Shown: positions 62,607-64,000 of the stretch, in pieces
Layout: each line of letters begins with the position of its first letter
How positions within the stretch are numbered: position 1 is the stretch's first letter
Assembly: GCA_003216415.1 (NCBI GenBank)
Contig: QCIY01000010.1
Coordinates: forward strand, 666-64,665
DNA: 64,000 bases
Source of the DNA: Prochlorococcus sp. AG-402-O16
Lineage (GTDB): Bacteria > Cyanobacteriota > Cyanobacteriia > PCC-6307 > Cyanobiaceae
Direction: 5' to 3'
Position numbers and translations under genes: made by a program
Notes under the pieces: generated by a model
Database searches by the model: none
Told to the model about the DNA's origin: nothing
The model's input: only the letters and a program-made list of their open reading frames with translations

Positions 62607-63614
62607 ATGAAAAAGTCAACTAAAAATAATTTTTCCGAGAAAAATAGTAAACAAAACAAAAGAAATTCAAATTCTCAATTTTACCCAAATCATATTAACT
62701 CTTCAAAAAAGAATAATAGATCTCAGATTAATTCTACTAAAAATAATAATTATAAAAATTTAAATAAAAATGATGAAAACAATACTTTTTCATCTTTAAA
62801 ACGAAGAAAGCCTATATCTAAATCTAATGGAGAATTTTCTAAAAAAAATTCTGATGTGCATCAAGAGTTTATTAATAAGAAAAATTTTGATGATTGGATA
62901 TGGGGTAAACATTCGGTTTATGAGGCTCTTATTAGTGAAAGAGCAATTAATAGGATTTGGTGTACTTCGGAAATCTTTTCATCAGAAAAATTCTATATTT
63001 TGCTTAAGGACTTTAAATCAAAAGGAGTTCTTATTGAAGAAGTTTCTTGGAACAGGCTTTCTCAATTGACTTATGGTGCTTCACATCAAGGAGTCGCATT
63101 GCAGTTAGCCTGTTCTAAAGCAATATCCCTAGAAAAATTAATCGATTTTTCTAAAAATAACTGTGCAAATCCTATAATACTTGCATTAGATGGTATAACT
63201 GACCCCCATAATGTTGGTGCGATTATAAGATCAGCGGAAGCATTTGATTGTAAGGGCATCATCATTCCTCAAAGAAGATCTGCTGGATTGACGGGAACAG
63301 TCGCCAAGGTAGCAGCAGGTGCCTTAGAACACCTGCAAGTAAGTAGAGTTGTTAACTTGAATAGAGCACTTGATGAGCTTAAGAAAAATGGTTTTCTTGT
63401 CGTTGGCTTATCTGGAGATGGTCAATTATCTATCTCAAATTTCCTAGAAAAATCGCCCTTGGTAGTTATAGTCGGCTCTGAAGATAAAGGTATTTCTTTG
63501 CTTACTCAAAAAAAATGTGATTTTCTATTAAGAATTCCTCTAAAAGGTAAAACTTCAAGTTTAAATGCTTCTGTGGCGGCCGCCATATCACTATTTCACT
63601 TGACGTGTAAATAA
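62607..63614 (+). CDS. rlmB: 23S rRNA (Gm2251) 2'-O-methyltransferase, TrmH/SpoU family
   Basis: WGKHSV, HQGV, LDGITDPHNVGAIIRSA, GSEDKGI, SLNASVA. Confidence 0.9.
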   Translation: MKKSTKNNFSEKNSKQNKRNSNSQFYPNHINSSKKNNRSQINSTKNNNYKNLNKNDENNTFSSLKRRKPISKSNGEFSKKNSDVHQEFINKKNFDDWIWGKHSVYEALISERAINRIWCTSEIFSSEKFYILLKDFKSKGVLIEEVSWNRLSQLTYGASHQGVALQLACSKAISLEKLIDFSKNNCANPIILALDGITDPHNVGAIIRSAEAFDCKGIIIPQRRSAGLTGTVAKVAAGALEHLQVSRVVNLNRALDELKKNGFLVVGLSGDGQLSISNFLEKSPLVVIVGSEDKGISLLTQKKCDFLLRIPLKGKTSSLNASVAAAISLFHLTCK

Positions 63615-63759
63615 TTTTATTTGTTAATATTCAATTTTTTAAGACCTCTAAAATGTTGTTATTTCAATACATTTATATTATTAATAAAAATTTATTGAAT
63701 TTTCACTACTAAATTGTATAGAATTTAACAAGAATTGATGGTCTAATAGGCCAATAAAA

Positions 63760-63978
63760 TTGATTAGAAACTTTGGAAACAAACTCGGATTAGCCTGGTG
63801 GGCTAAAATTGAGACGGATCAACCTAGTGCTACTTACTGGTTCGGCCCATTTATTACTAAACGTAGTTTAAAAGAAAATATGTCTTCTTTTATTGAAGAT
63901 CTTTCCGATGAAGGATCAAAAAATATTAAACATAGTCTAATTCGCTGCAACAAAGAAGAACCACTAACTGTCGGATGA
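63760..63978 (+). CDS. DUF1816-type small protein
   Basis: GLAWWAKIET..P...YWFGPF, DLSDEG, RC...EPLT. Confidence 0.78.
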   Translation: MIRNFGNKLGLAWWAKIETDQPSATYWFGPFITKRSLKENMSSFIEDLSDEGSKNIKHSLIRCNKEEPLTVG

Positions 63979-64000
63979 CTTTAATTTTAAGAAATAAATC

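Noticed and set aside
933-63069. Antisense or alternate-frame ORFs in the track (e.g. 933-1199, 1280-1468, 4557-4757, 10163-10459, 16971-17345, 19318-19662, 25250-25723, 41530-42000, 44611-45003, 57616-58005, 59582-60121)
   Set aside because: They lie within or across confidently identified genes and lack recognisable motifs; typical shadow ORFs
1-64000. CRISPR array, rRNA or riboswitch
   Set aside because: No regularly spaced repeats, rRNA-like GC-rich block or recognisable aptamer (including upstream of cobW) found

Overview
AT-rich, gene-dense cyanobacterial chromosome segment whose gene content and order indicate a high-light-type Prochlorococcus (inferred, not database-checked). 1-30 kb is core metabolism: glgC-gnd-pgl, ilvD, cobW, purSQ, two aldolases, accD, prk, leuB, lpxD, proB, hisA, pgsA, nth. 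30-35 kb is an iron module: FutC-type ATPase, ferritin, a Cys-rich Crp/Fnr regulator with three Fur-box-like sites, and a CAO-like Rieske oxygenase. 35.3-39.4 kb is a very AT-rich islet of small hypothetical genes, including a ribbon-helix-helix gene bracketed by repeated AAGTGYTG motifs. 39.4-49.7 kb holds urtABCDE with an NtcA promoter, plus urease ureEFG/ureDABC. 49.7-54.5 kb is a glucosylglycerate cluster with a glycerate kinase. Then come microproteins (including an NdhP-like one), uppP, tRNA-Pro(GGG), msrA, an ABC exporter, and trpD-carA-STAS-mini-III-rlmB. Several real-looking genes are missing from the supplied ORF track. The most notable is a 120-codon STAS anti-sigma antagonist with a GGAGGT ribosome-binding site but no ATG/GTG/TTG start, overlapping the start of the mini-RNase III gene. 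No CRISPR, rRNA, integrase or transposase was seen.
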